Both the position numbers and the translations under genes were made by a program. Below the pieces are notes generated by a model, which did no database searches, was not told the DNA's origin, and worked only from the letters and a program-made list of their open reading frames with translations. Shown piece by piece: positions 1-13,279 of a stretch of DNA of 35,320 nucleotides (its first letter is position 1; the number at the start of each line of letters is the position of its first letter). This stretch comes from Candidatus Woesearchaeota archaeon (GTDB lineage Archaea; Nanobdellota; Nanobdellia; Woesearchaeales; B72-G16). Where the stretch lies: the NCBI GenBank assembly GCA_003650545.1, contig QMQO01000013.1, positions 1 through 35,320 on the forward strand. The letters run 5' to 3'.

Positions 1-33
1 GAGTCCCCTCGCCCTGGGGCTGGGCGATACAAA

Positions 34-3000
34 CTTTCAATATTCTTTTGAAATGCAGAAATAGATTGGGAGAAGGTTCGCAAGTACTTGCTAAAACCTT
101 TCAATATTCTTTTGAAATGCAGAATGTGAGGCTGTAGCAGTGTCCACGCTGGTTTATGCTTTCAATATTCTTTTGAAATGCAGGTAGTCAAAGCGCAGAC
201 AGCTGAGGAAGAAAAGAAGAATCCTTTCAATATTCTTTTGAAATGCAGCTCGCAGCCTGGCTTGTCTACGATTCAGGTCTCTCAAAGACGACTTTCAATA
301 TTCTTTTGAAATGCAGTTTTTCAAGTATTTTCTCTGGGTATCCTCCATGAGGGGCACTTTCAATATTCTTTTGAAATGCAGTCGCCGGCAACCCACTTGA
401 AGACGCTAAGAAACAGGATCCCCGGTTGCTTAAACTTTCAATATTCTTTTGAAATGCAGCTCATAGCGCTCGCACTAGTTCTTATTGCATTTTTCGGCTT
501 TCAATATTCTTTTGAAATGCAGTGACATACGACCAGTACCTCAGCGCTACTTTTATTGTCCCACCCTTTCAATATTCTTTTGAAATGCAGAAACCATATG
601 CCAGTTACATTAGAGGATCTTGCCAAAAACTTTCAATATTCTTTTGAAATGCAGTAGTTCTACGTATAGATGGAGAGACGCATATTTTGGTCTTTCAATA
701 TTCTTTTGAAATGCAGCTTTAAGTACGATATTATACCAGACCAGGATAATAGACTTTCAATATTCTTTTGAAATGCAGTGAATACAAGAGATGCTCCATC
801 CTGACGGGGTAGTTTCTGACTTTCAATATTCTTTTGAAATGCAGCCTAAATATGTGCTCTTTCCCCTCACTAAGATACCTGTTTTCACTTTCAATATTCT
901 TTTGAAATGCAGAAGATACTATCGTGAAGACATCAAGGCTGTGAAGATTAACTTTCAATATTCTTTTGAAATGCAGGAAGAGAAGCTGGTTTGCGACAAG
1001 CTGGCGGAACGATAAAACCTTTCAATATTCTTTTGAAATGCAGAACTCGCGAAGATAAGCGCGAAAATACTCGCGGAGGCGACTTTCAATATTCTTTTGA
1101 AATGCAGGCATGATAAAAGGGGCAACCCAGTATACAAGTTAACTCCTGACTTTCAATATTCTTTTGAAATGCAGAGCCGGCTTAGTGCTGACCGTAATAA
1201 ACGTGTTGAGGACTTTCAATATTCTTTTGAAATGCAGTTTCTGAAAGTATTCCTAGCAGTTTGCGGACTAGTTTTAACTTTCAATATTCTTTTGAAATGC
1301 AGTCTATGGTTTCATTTGATATCTTCACAATTTCTTTGAGCTTTCAATATTCTTTTGAAATGCAGGGTGAGAAGTGATGTTGAGGGCTAGTAAGTTGATT
1401 AACTTTCAATATTCTTTTGAAATGCAGAATGGATGTCAGCTCCATAATCGTCGGATTCTTCTCTACTTTCAATATTCTTTTGAAATGCAGTATCGCCGAA
1501 CGTAAACAACCGCTTAAGGTAGTGATTGACTTTCAATATTCTTTTGAAATGCAGTCGCAGCAGTCACAATCTTCCTGGTTAAGTCTTACAGGACTTTCAA
1601 TATTCTTTTGAAATGCAGGGCTTATAGACGATGATGCAACCCCCTTTGATGGATCCCTTTCAATATTCTTTTGAAATGCAGTTTTTCTCATTTTTGGTCT
1701 ATCCAAATTCCCAAAAAAACTTTCAATATTCTTTTGAAATGCAGATTATTGAGCCGACTAAGAGGACCCCTTTCACCCCCCTCTTTCAATATTCTTTTGA
1801 AATGCAGATTATCTAGCTTAAGGGATGCACTACGTGGTGCTGACAACCTTTCAATATTCTTTTGAAATGCAGATAACTTTATCAATATTCTTGCTATAGC
1901 CCTAGGGCTATTCTTTCAATATTCTTTTGAAATGCAGTTCAACTACGTGGTTCCAGAAGAATGGAAGAATAACGCCGTACATGCTTTCAATATTCTTTTG
2001 AAATGCAGGGTCCCATGAGTCGATTTTAATGTTGTTGACGTAGACCCTTTCAATATTCTTTTGAAATGCAGATTCTCGCCCTCCGTCGAAGAGATGTTTC
2101 TGCAATGGAGTACCTTTCAATATTCTTTTGAAATGCAGCAATATACTTCATTGTATCAATCTAAGACAGGTGAAAACGACTTTCAATATTCTTTTGAAAT
2201 GCAGTTTTTCACCTAGAAGCGTTATGATGGCAGGGTACGACTTTCAATATTCTTTTGAAATGCAGACTGAGATCGCTGAGATAATCAACCATGAGACCGC
2301 AACGCTTTCAATATTCTTTTGAAATGCAGTGTCAATCTGTTTCCCCACGTCCTTGTGCTCGTAGTAGCGTCTTTCAATATTCTTTTGAAATGCAGCTTGG
2401 AGTAGACTTGAAACCTAAGTCAACAATCCTTCTGTACTTTCAATATTCTTTTGAAATGCAGGTGAGCTCGTGTAAAATCTCGAATAATGAACCCCAGTCG
2501 ACTTTCAATATTCTTTTGAAATGCAGACCCGCACTTTTAAGTCTTCACGCAACCTAGTCAACTCCATCCTTTCAATATTCTTTTGAAATGCAGCTGGTGG
2601 TAGTAGTGCTTGTGATTGTCTTAGTGGTTGCATCTACTTTCAATATTCTTTTGAAATGCAGCAAGATAATCCCACCCTACACAAAGGTGAGACCATGATC
2701 ACTTTCAATATTCTTTTGAAATGCAGGGTCACAGGGTCAAGCGAGGCGTGAACTACCTCCATGAGGTCTTTCAATATTCTTTTGAAATGCAGGACTCTGC
2801 TAGAATGAAGTAGTCTCCCTTCTTTAACAAGCTTTCAATATTCTTTTGAAATGCAGGCTGAAGAAAGTTTCTGCACCAGAACCAGCCCTGTCCCCCACTT
2901 TCAATATTCTTTTGAAATGCAGCTATACGTCGCCGTCCCAGACCACGCAAGAAACCCCGAAAATCTTTCAATATTCTTTTGAAATGCAGGCAATGTAATT

Positions 3001-6000
3001 ACATTGGTTAACCGTGCAGTACACGTTGAGCTTTCAATATTCTTTTGAAATGCAGCTAGGTTGTTGGGGTTGGGTTTTTCTTATAGTGATAGGAATCTTT
3101 CAATATTCTTTTGAAATGCAGGGGACGGAGGTGGTATCCTGTGCGTTTCGTGAAGAGAAACTTTCAATATTCTTTTGAAATGCAGAGTATCGCTTCAAGG
3201 TTCAGTAACCACGGTACTTGGTACTTTCAATATTCTTTTGAAATGCAGCTTCTTAATGAGAAGCAAGGGACGTAGAAGGCGGTAGGCGACTTTCAATATT
3301 CTTTTGAAATGCAGAAAGCTTCTTGCGTTAGGCGGGAGGATAAAGGAGGAGAAGCTTTCAATATTCTTTTGAAATGCAGTACAAGTATGAGGGAGGAGTG
3401 TGGAAGCGGGTAAAGACCTTGTCGCTTTCAATATTCTTTTGAAATGCAGGAAATCCCCCACCCACCAATGGTGGGGGCAATCATTGAATACCCTTTCAAT
3501 ATTCTTTTGAAATGCAGGCATATTTGAGAGACAACGATAGACAGAGAATATACATAGACTTTCAATATTCTTTTGAAATGCAGATCCAGATAAAGCTATA
3601 ATATACATTTATTACGGTAAATCTTTCAATATTCTTTTGAAATGCAGTATCGCTAGAAGATGAAGCTTTAAGTTCCGTGAGTTTTTGACTTTCAATATTC
3701 TTTTGAAATGCAGTCTTATGCGGAGACGTTGCACAACTGGCGGTCGGTAGGACTTTCAATATTCTTTTGAAATGCAGCAGAGTTCCTGGAAAAATGGAAC
3801 GAGGAGGTTGAGAAACTGACTTTCAATATTCTTTTGAAATGCAGACTGAAACTTACTTTTTCTTTTACCTTCTCGCTGAAAACTTTCAATATTCTTTTGA
3901 AATGCAGGCGGGCTCCTTTCTGGTTTTTAGCATGTAATATATACTGTCTTTCAATATTCTTTTGAAATGCAGAGCAACAGTCTCTGGCGAAAGATCGAAG
4001 TACTCTGCCCTTTCAATATTCTTTTGAAATGCAGACATTGTATAACACAGAGAGGGCTAGGTGAAAGTAACACTTTCAATATTCTTTTGAAATGCAGAAG
4101 TTCGACTTCTGGAAAATGAATATTTCTTAACATGTAACTTTCAATATTCTTTTGAAATGCAGTAAGCACTCTCAATGAGGAACACTTCATTCTGCTATTG
4201 ATTTACTTTCAATATTCTTTTGAAATGCAGGTGGAGAACATGCAAAAAACATTAATAATATGTACAATTATCACTTTCAATATTCTTTTGAAATGCAGAT
4301 CGTTAATGAAGTCACATTTGTTTTAACTGTAAAGCGTATCTTTCAATATTCTTTTGAAATGCAGAATCAAAAAGCAAGAAATCTAGATCGAGAAAGAGGA
4401 TAGACCTTTCAATATTCTTTTGAAATGCAGAGTGCTCATGAAAAAATCAGAGTGCTAATTGGTAACGGTACCTTTCAATATTCTTTTGAAATGCAGACTA
4501 GATAAAATTAAATGCTATTTTTACATAATATGCTGAACTTTCAATATTCTTTTGAAATGCAGGTATACAGAAGCATATAGAGGAGTTACGTAAATTAGAT
4601 CTTTCAATATTCTTTTGAAATGCAGTTTCGTAAACAAAATTACAATCCTCTACATCATACCCTACTTTCAATATTCTTTTGAAATGCAGAGGGACTATAC
4701 TACGGTGTATTATTTGAGACTGGTTTTACTTTCAATATTCTTTTGAAATGCAGGACGTAACTGTATTTCCACAGAGTAGAGAAGAAGATATTACCTTTCA
4801 ATATTCTTTTGAAATGCAGGTATGGTAGATGTAAAGGTAATGGAGGATGGCGATAGGATTCTAGCTTTCAATATTCTTTTGAAATGCAGTCGGGCGTTAG
4901 TGGTGTATATTGTTCAGACATTCTGGAACTTTCAATATTCTTTTGAAATGCAGATTACATCAAATAAAAGATTCATTAGAAAGTACTTTCCATCTTTCAA
5001 TATTCTTTTGAAATGCAGCAGTTGTCCATACTGTGGAAATACGAATCTAACACATCTCTTTCAATATTCTTTTGAAATGCAGTATGCGTGGAGATCTGAC
5101 CCGGGAGATGCAGGGGTTGTTTATCTTTCAATATTCTTTTGAAATGCAGGCTGGCGTCGAAGTCAACCGTATTGACAAACGTCAGCATACCTTTCAATAT
5201 TCTTTTGAAATGCAGCTTGTTTTGTGTGCTGATTTAGACTTAAAGATTGAGGTTACTTTCAATATTCTTTTGAAATGCAGGAAAAGCTAGTGCAGTCAAG
5301 AGCCAGGGAACATACTTCGCTTTCAATATTCTTTTGAAATGCAGGTAACGACATTTACAGAAATGCCTTAAAAATCCTTCACAACTTTCAATATTCTTTT
5401 GAAATGCAGTTAAATATAAAAGTGTTTTCTGCGAAAAGTTTTTTTCAACTTTCAATATTCTTTTGAAATGCAGTCCTTGCAGTCGAAAGAGGCAAGTTCA
5501 AAAGCCAAATCAGCTTTCAATATTCTTTTGAAATGCAGTGAACCAGGAACATTTTTAATTTGCTTAGATCCTGCCTTTCAATATTCTTTTGAAATGCAGG
5601 AAGGTATGGTTAACTGGACATTTTGGATAATTGTTTGTGCTTTCAATATTCTTTTGAAATGCAGTCTTCGCTTGTAGCCTCCATCTCGGATGTGGAGGCT
5701 ACCTTTCAATATTCTTTTGAAATGCAGAAATGCGGGGTGAGGCTCGCATTATAGTAGGTGATGTATGAGCCTTTCAATATTCTTTTGAAATGCAGTTCGA
5801 ATTTATTTTTCTAGCCATAATGGTCGCCTAGCTTTCAATATTCTTTTGAAATGCAGGTTACTCTTCTACTTCCTGATGCGCGGAAAAGGAAAACGTCTTT
5901 CAATATTCTTTTGAAATGCAGTGCCCGTTCTGTGGGAGAGTCGGCGAATTTAAGGTTACTTTCAATATTCTTTTGAAATGCAGGGTGTTGCTGGCGGTAA

Positions 6001-9000
6001 GGTTCGTATAGTGCATGTGAGCTTTCAATATTCTTTTGAAATGCAGTTTCATAAAGAGTATAGTAATGCATTGTTTCTCTTTCAATATTCTTTTGAAATG
6101 CAGGTTGACAGGTGTGGCGCTAGCGTTTTTCGTTAAAAGACGCTTTCAATATTCTTTTGAAATGCAGGAAGGGAATTGAGCTGGCAGTTGGCGCTTTCGT
6201 TTTTCATCTTTCAATATTCTTTTGAAATGCAGTATTCCGTTTCCGCCGGGTAACTTGCTTATAGCGTAATTCTCTTTCAATATTCTTTTGAAATGCAGAC
6301 TCTTAGACTGGGATGAGTATAACAAGATGGTTGAAACTTTCAATATTCTTTTGAAATGCAGGAGCTTCACAATATACGAAACAGTTAGACCGGGCTATAA
6401 CTTTCAATATTCTTTTGAAATGCAGGGCAAAAAGATCCGAATACAGGAATGGCAGCCGAGACGCCTTTCAATATTCTTTTGAAATGCAGAAATATACCGC
6501 ACTCTGTGAAGGTGTAGCCGTTGGCTTCTTCCTTTCAATATTCTTTTGAAATGCAGAAGTTCTTTATTTCACGGAGGTTTGTGAGCGCTGAAGAAACTTT
6601 CAATATTCTTTTGAAATGCAGTAAAAAGTGTGAGCTTGAAGAGCCAGATCGAAAATCTAGCAAAACTTTCAATATTCTTTTGAAATGCAGATAGATTGTG
6701 ATTCTACAGTTATCTATGATAAACTGGATCTTTCAATATTCTTTTGAAATGCAGTGCAGGTATCTTTCAAGCAACGTGGTGTATGAGGTGCCTTTCAATA
6801 TTCTTTTGAAATGCAGATGCTCATCTTAAACTTTTGCTTGAAGACATAGAGAAGTACTTTCAATATTCTTTTGAAATGCAGAGTGGATAGACTTCATGTC
6901 TTTCTTCTTCGCAATGCTCGAACGCTTTCAATATTCTTTTGAAATGCAGACGCGTCCAATACGGCAGGCACCTGCCAGTAGAAATGATAACTTTCAATAT
7001 TCTTTTGAAATGCAGATATATTCTTCCACCACCATACGCTCACCGTACTTTCTAAGCCTTTCAATATTCTTTTGAAATGCAGGCGTGTTCGACGAAACTA
7101 TAACATTCGAGGCAAAAGATCTTTCAATATTCTTTTGAAATGCAGTTTGGCCTCAACGGTTTAGAGGCTATCGTGAGAAATAACGCTTTCAATATTCTTT
7201 TGAAATGCAGGATTTACAGCGAGTGATGGAAAAACACTATTGTCTTATCTTTCAATATTCTTTTGAAATGCAGTCAGCGCTCTGATTCTAGCGGTAAAAA
7301 TCTGCTTGAGAGACTTTCAATATTCTTTTGAAATGCAGGTGACAAATAGAAGTGGCGGAGCGGTATCTATATATAAACTTTCAATATTCTTTTGAAATGC
7401 AGAATGTCAATCCATCCTCAACAGGGACAATCTACGAATATACCTTTCAATATTCTTTTGAAATGCAGATCAGGGAGATGGCTAAGTTCACTCCTAAACG
7501 TAAAGTCTAAGACCTTTCAATATTCTTTTGAAATGCAGTCAGTAATTGTTGGTTTCTATTTCGGGACACAAGTTTTATTACTTTCAATATTCTTTTGAAA
7601 TGCAGCTCTAGGCTACAGTATCATTAATCAAAACGTTCAAAAAGCATCTTTCAATATTCTTTTGAAATGCAGTACGTCTAAGTGGCTCACCCTTGTTTGA
7701 GGAATGGAGTGACCTTTCAATATTCTTTTGAAATGCAGACGGTAAGTTCGGGCAGCAGAATGAGAAGTGGCAGAAATTCTTTCAATATTCTTTTGAAATG
7801 CAGAGCAACAGTAAGGGAAAACGACATCGACAAACTCGTCGACACTTTCAATATTCTTTTGAAATGCAGAACGCGAGACAAGTTAAGTGTATCGCGACCA
7901 TTGTTTCACTTTCAATATTCTTTTGAAATGCAGGTTCATGATAGTTAACTTAAGCGATTCGCATGGCTATTTTCTTTCAATATTCTTTTGAAATGCAGAA
8001 AGAGGAGATAAACGAACTGATAGGATGGTACACTTTCAATATTCTTTTGAAATGCAGAGGGCGGGGAAATAGAGTTGGGTGTGACGGCGACAATAAACTT
8101 TCAATATTCTTTTGAAATGCAGAGATGGGTTACAACGGGAGAATATACTTGTACTGGGTTCTCCCTTTCAATATTCTTTTGAAATGCAGCCTTTCTCTTC
8201 TCAGTGTGAGCCATCTTTTCTTAATCACCTTTCAATATTCTTTTGAAATGCAGAATAATATTCATAGTTGCAGCTGCCATGAAAAACTGGAGCCTTTCAA
8301 TATTCTTTTGAAATGCAGGTGAACGGCTTCTCGTTGCTGGCTACATCGTCCCTATGCTTTCAATATTCTTTTGAAATGCAGGTAATATCAACACATGAGG
8401 ATAATCAAGTGTGATACTTGCTTTCAATATTCTTTTGAAATGCAGAAATAGGAAATAAAGAAAAAATACATTTCGGGAGATGATCTTTCAATATTCTTTT
8501 GAAATGCAGAATGCGGGAGGTTGCGAAGCACTGGTACCTGTTCAAACAACTTTCAATATTCTTTTGAAATGCAGAACCCATTCCTCCGGCCCCTTGAAGC
8601 CCTCCACAGCTTTCAATATTCTTTTGAAATGCAGCTCGAGCTTTTTGACGAATATTATGTAGAGAAGCTTGCTTTCAATATTCTTTTGAAATGCAGAATA
8701 CTTGAGCCGTAGCGGACACGTTCTCAACCATGAACCTTTCAATATTCTTTTGAAATGCAGGAAAGTTTCTGGAAAAAGTTTTAGGAAAACGTGGTGTCCT
8801 TTCAATATTCTTTTGAAATGCAGACTCGAAGAGCCTTAGGTCCCAATGTTTTTCGCTTAAACATCTTTCAATATTCTTTTGAAATGCAGGGACAGCATGG
8901 AGGAAGCCTTAATCCGCCTAGTGCGGAAGGCTTTCAATATTCTTTTGAAATGCAGAAAGACCACCTCAATCCTGTATGGGACAGAAGTCTTCCTCCTTTC

Positions 9001-12000
9001 AATATTCTTTTGAAATGCAGTTATGGTTTTCTTCACGGTGGTGTATGTGAATAGAAGGCTTTCAATATTCTTTTGAAATGCAGCCCGTGAAAGGACCTCA
9101 GGCGGCCTGCCCCTCCCCCGCTTTCAATATTCTTTTGAAATGCAGTGCTTAAAATTATCTCCAAGGAGGGGGAGGAGAAGTGAGCCTTTCAATATTCTTT
9201 TGAAATGCAGTGCTAAATCTAAACCAAACCTCAGTAGAAACTATGCAATCTTTCAATATTCTTTTGAAATGCAGTCAGCTACAGGCGTAAATACTTCCAC
9301 AGGCATTTCAGTCTTTCAATATTCTTTTGAAATGCAGAACTTTAGTAGCAATAAACATAGCACACTATCTGTCGAAACATCTTTCAATATTCTTTTGAAA
9401 TGCAGATGATCTGCTCGAGACAGTTCTTAAGACAGATATATGGAAACTTTCAATATTCTTTTGAAATGCAGATTTGAGGGCAAGATGATAGAGTCGGTTG
9501 TTGTTGGTGGAAACTTTCAATATTCTTTTGAAATGCAGTGTAGGTTACGAATATCAACTCTATGAGCCTTTGAAACTTTCAATATTCTTTTGAAATGCAG
9601 GCTATCTTTGCAAAGATCTTCTGCAAGTAGTCAACTATAAAGCTTTCAATATTCTTTTGAAATGCAGAAAATTTTGTGGTTCCTTCAGCCTCACCCACCT
9701 ATGATCTTTCAATATTCTTTTGAAATGCAGAAAAAAGGATGGGGATGGTACAACCCCTACATCCCCTGGAGACTTTCAATATTCTTTTGAAATGCAGACA
9801 GGTAGAGAAGGCAATAAGAAGATTAAAGAACATCTTTCAATATTCTTTTGAAATGCAGGTCTTATCGTCAATTTGCCTTCCTTGAGTTGCTCCAATACCT
9901 TTCAATATTCTTTTGAAATGCAGCGATATATTAATACTGTTCCAGCCGCCAGTTACAAAGTTGACTTTCAATATTCTTTTGAAATGCAGAGTTCTCTGAA
10001 GCTGTCGTGTACCCAACTCTTTTTTTCTTTCAATATTCTTTTGAAATGCAGAAAAGACAGGAAGGTGTGACTACACTACCGAGATATAACTTTCAATATT
10101 CTTTTGAAATGCAGGCCGGTGACTCCTCTGAACATCCTAGAGCCATATCTTATACTTTCAATATTCTTTTGAAATGCAGCCCCCACAACTCGCTACAAAC
10201 TTCGTGGAGGTAGAAATAAATAGCTTTCAATATTCTTTTGAAATGCAGTTATTTACCTTACAGGCTCTTTTCAGCCAGTACCATGCTATCTTTCAATATT
10301 CTTTTGAAATGCAGGCCGTCTTTAAGCCCCCAAACGCCCAAAAACAGCGAAGCTTTCAATATTCTTTTGAAATGCAGCTAAGGAAGTGTTTGTGTATTGG
10401 CATGAACTACCTTTAGCTTTCAATATTCTTTTGAAATGCAGATGGATAGATGATATGCTGTTTCATAAAAAAATCGAGGCTTTCAATATTCTTTTGAAAT
10501 GCAGATAGACTGGAAGGTAAGGAGGATGGTTAGTAGGTATACTTTCAATATTCTTTTGAAATGCAGGGCGGAGGAGGTGAAAACAAAACATGACCATACC
10601 CGAAAGCCCTTTCAATATTCTTTTGAAATGCAGTTCTTTGAGGTTCAATGTAATCATTGTGGACTCATAGTGAACTTTCAATATTCTTTTGAAATGCAGA
10701 ATACCACAACCTGTACATGTTTGTACCAGCCTGTGGAATAGCCTTTCAATATTCTTTTGAAATGCAGATAGTGCACTCGTCATTTCACCGCAACACTGTT
10801 TACAACACTTTCAATATTCTTTTGAAATGCAGAGCGTTTAATCATGCCTCCAGGCTATAACATACTAGTTCTTTCAATATTCTTTTGAAATGCAGCGTCT
10901 ACTACAGGTTTAGCTATATATGTTTCAAACCACTTACTTTCAATATTCTTTTGAAATGCAGAACTCGAGGAAATTGCGCGGGAACTCGCGAAAATCCTTT
11001 CAATATTCTTTTGAAATGCAGGCGAAATTCGATGCATTGCAGTGGATTCTGTTTTGCTTCTTTCAATATTCTTTTGAAATGCAGTCCGATCAACTCGTCA
11101 AACATAACTTTCTTCGCATTATACACTTTCAATATTCTTTTGAAATGCAGTAAATATGGTCTTGTGACAGAGAAAACGATGATGGGACATCTTTCAATAT
11201 TCTTTTGAAATGCAGCAAGTATCGGCGCCGTGTACCACAATGCACGCACATTATCTTTCAATATTCTTTTGAAATGCAGCAGGGTTCCATAAAATAAACC
11301 CCCAATAAAATATTTTTTTTAGCTTTCAATATTCTTTTGAAATGCAGTAGCGGACCAGCTGAAGTCCGTTTACCCGAATGTTGATGCTTTCAATATTCTT
11401 TTGAAATGCAGACCGTTTAAGTAAATATAACCATCTGTCCCGTCTTTCACACCTTTCAATATTCTTTTGAAATGCAGTATCTCAGGCACCATCCTGTATT
11501 TAACTGGGTTGTCGTCTTTCAATATTCTTTTGAAATGCAGGTTCGACCTAATCTTCTATATTCCACGGATCTCGGGTGACTTTCAATATTCTTTTGAAAT
11601 GCAGTGTCACGGACCCGTCGGGTGCGACAGCAGTGGTTGACTTTCAATATTCTTTTGAAATGCAGGTGGGCCCAGCACCTTGTATGGGGCGTCTTTAATT
11701 CTGCTTTCAATATTCTTTTGAAATGCAGGAGTATTTATATTGGAAGAAAACTCCCAGAGGATCTTATAACTTTCAATATTCTTTTGAAATGCAGTTCTTT
11801 CGGCCTGTGGCGTGTTTTCGGCTATCTGTGGGATCTTTCAATATTCTTTTGAAATGCAGCAGTATGCTATTTTGTTCGGCATACTACATGTTTTGCATCT
11901 TTCAATATTCTTTTGAAATGCAGTAATATTTGTCATGGGGGTTGTCCACGGGAAGGGAGAAACTTTCAATATTCTTTTGAAATGCAGTCTTTTATTTTAT

Positions 12001-13279
12001 TTAAATCAAAGTCCTTGGGAACATCTTTCAATATTCTTTTGAAATGCAGACTTTCAGAGAGGGATTCATAGATATAGAATCACTTGCAACTTTCAATATT
12101 CTTTTGAAATGCAGTGTTAAGCGGTTTATTATTTTGAGTCTGACGTTACGACTCTTTCAATATTCTTTTGAAATGCAGCACTACAGAAAAGAAGGAGGTG
12201 GGTGAAAGTGGATAGACTTTCAATATTCTTTTGAAATGCAGGAGGCTACAAATGAAGGCGAAGGCTCAATCGATGTTTTGCTTTCAATATTCTTTTGAAA
12301 TGCAGGCGTAAATCGGGTTTCCTGTAAGCGCTACAAGCTGATTAACTTTCAATATTCTTTTGAAATGCAGCCAAAAAATAAAGAAGTCATGGAAAACGGA
12401 TACAAAACAATAGTCTTTCAATATTCTTTTGAAATGCAGCCTATCCATTTATCCAATGTTTCCACCTCTTTTTAGAGTCTTTCAATATTCTTTTGAAATG
12501 CAGAAGTACGATAATTTGATTGAAGTAACTCAAGTGTACCACCTTTCAATATTCTTTTGAAATGCAGTTCACGAAAGTGAAAGAGAAGATCGAGGATCTT
12601 GAGAAGAAGCCTTTCAATATTCTTTTGAAATGCAGCCCTCACTCAACCGGCACCCACCGCACACTAAAATGCGCGCTTTCAATATTCTTTTGAAATGCAG
12701 TAGTTTTGGAGCGTGGATCTATGAGGCTGTTAGCACTTTCAATATTCTTTTGAAATGCAGCCCACAAAGCTATCGTAATAAGCTAAACTCGATAACGCTT
12801 TCAATATTCTTTTGAAATGCAGGGGGGTAGTATGCAATCTAATACAATGAATAACCTTCTCCGCTTTCAATATTCTTTTGAAATGCAGTCAGAGATTGAG
12901 GAGTGAGGGTAAGGAACTCTTAGTTACACTCTTTCAATATTCTTTTGAAATGCAGGATGAACTTGTTATTTTGCTTCCAGTTGCTAGTAAGAAGCTTTCA
13001 ATATTCTTTTGAAATGCAGAAAATAAGCAACAGGACTGCTATAACGCAATTCATCTCTCTTTCAATATTCTTTTGAAATGCAGAGGGAGATTAGGAAACT
13101 CTGTGAGAAGCGCCTACTCTACACTTTCAATATTCTTTTGAAATGCAGAAAAATACTATGACCTGGTGATGGAAAACTGTAGAAAGCTTACTTTCAATAT
13201 TCTTTTGAAATGCAGAATCGTGTTATAAGGGTGATTAATGTGAGTGAAGATAGACTTTCAATATTCTTTTGAAATGCAG
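34..13279 (-). CRISPR. CRISPR array, about 205 repeats / 204 complete spacers; repeat in transcribed orientation CTGCATTTCAAAAGAATATTGAAAG (25 nt); spacers mostly 34-45 nt
   Basis: The same 25-mer recurs every ~65 nt from 34 to 13255-13279 (counted by hand). The reverse complement ends in the ATTGAAAG 8-nt handle typical of archaeal type I-A/III repeats. An AT-rich leader and the cas genes lie on the right. Bases 1-33 may be a partial spacer, so the array may extend leftwards. Confidence 0.99.

Noticed and set aside
1..33. GC-rich hairpin TCGCCC..GGGCGA at the window edge, resembling an IS200/605 end
   Set aside because: It is too short and truncated, its length fits a partial spacer, and there is no transposase nearby.
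731..12815. Dozens of short ORFs in the ORF track (FQYSFEMQ / FNILLKC / LHFKRILK / AFQKNIE peptides)
   Set aside because: They are translations of the CRISPR repeat plus spacers, not genes.
34..13279. Self-targeting or exactly duplicated spacers
   Set aside because: None was noticed by eye within the window, and several 9-11-nt internal matches between spacers are expected by chance. An exhaustive alignment was not possible.
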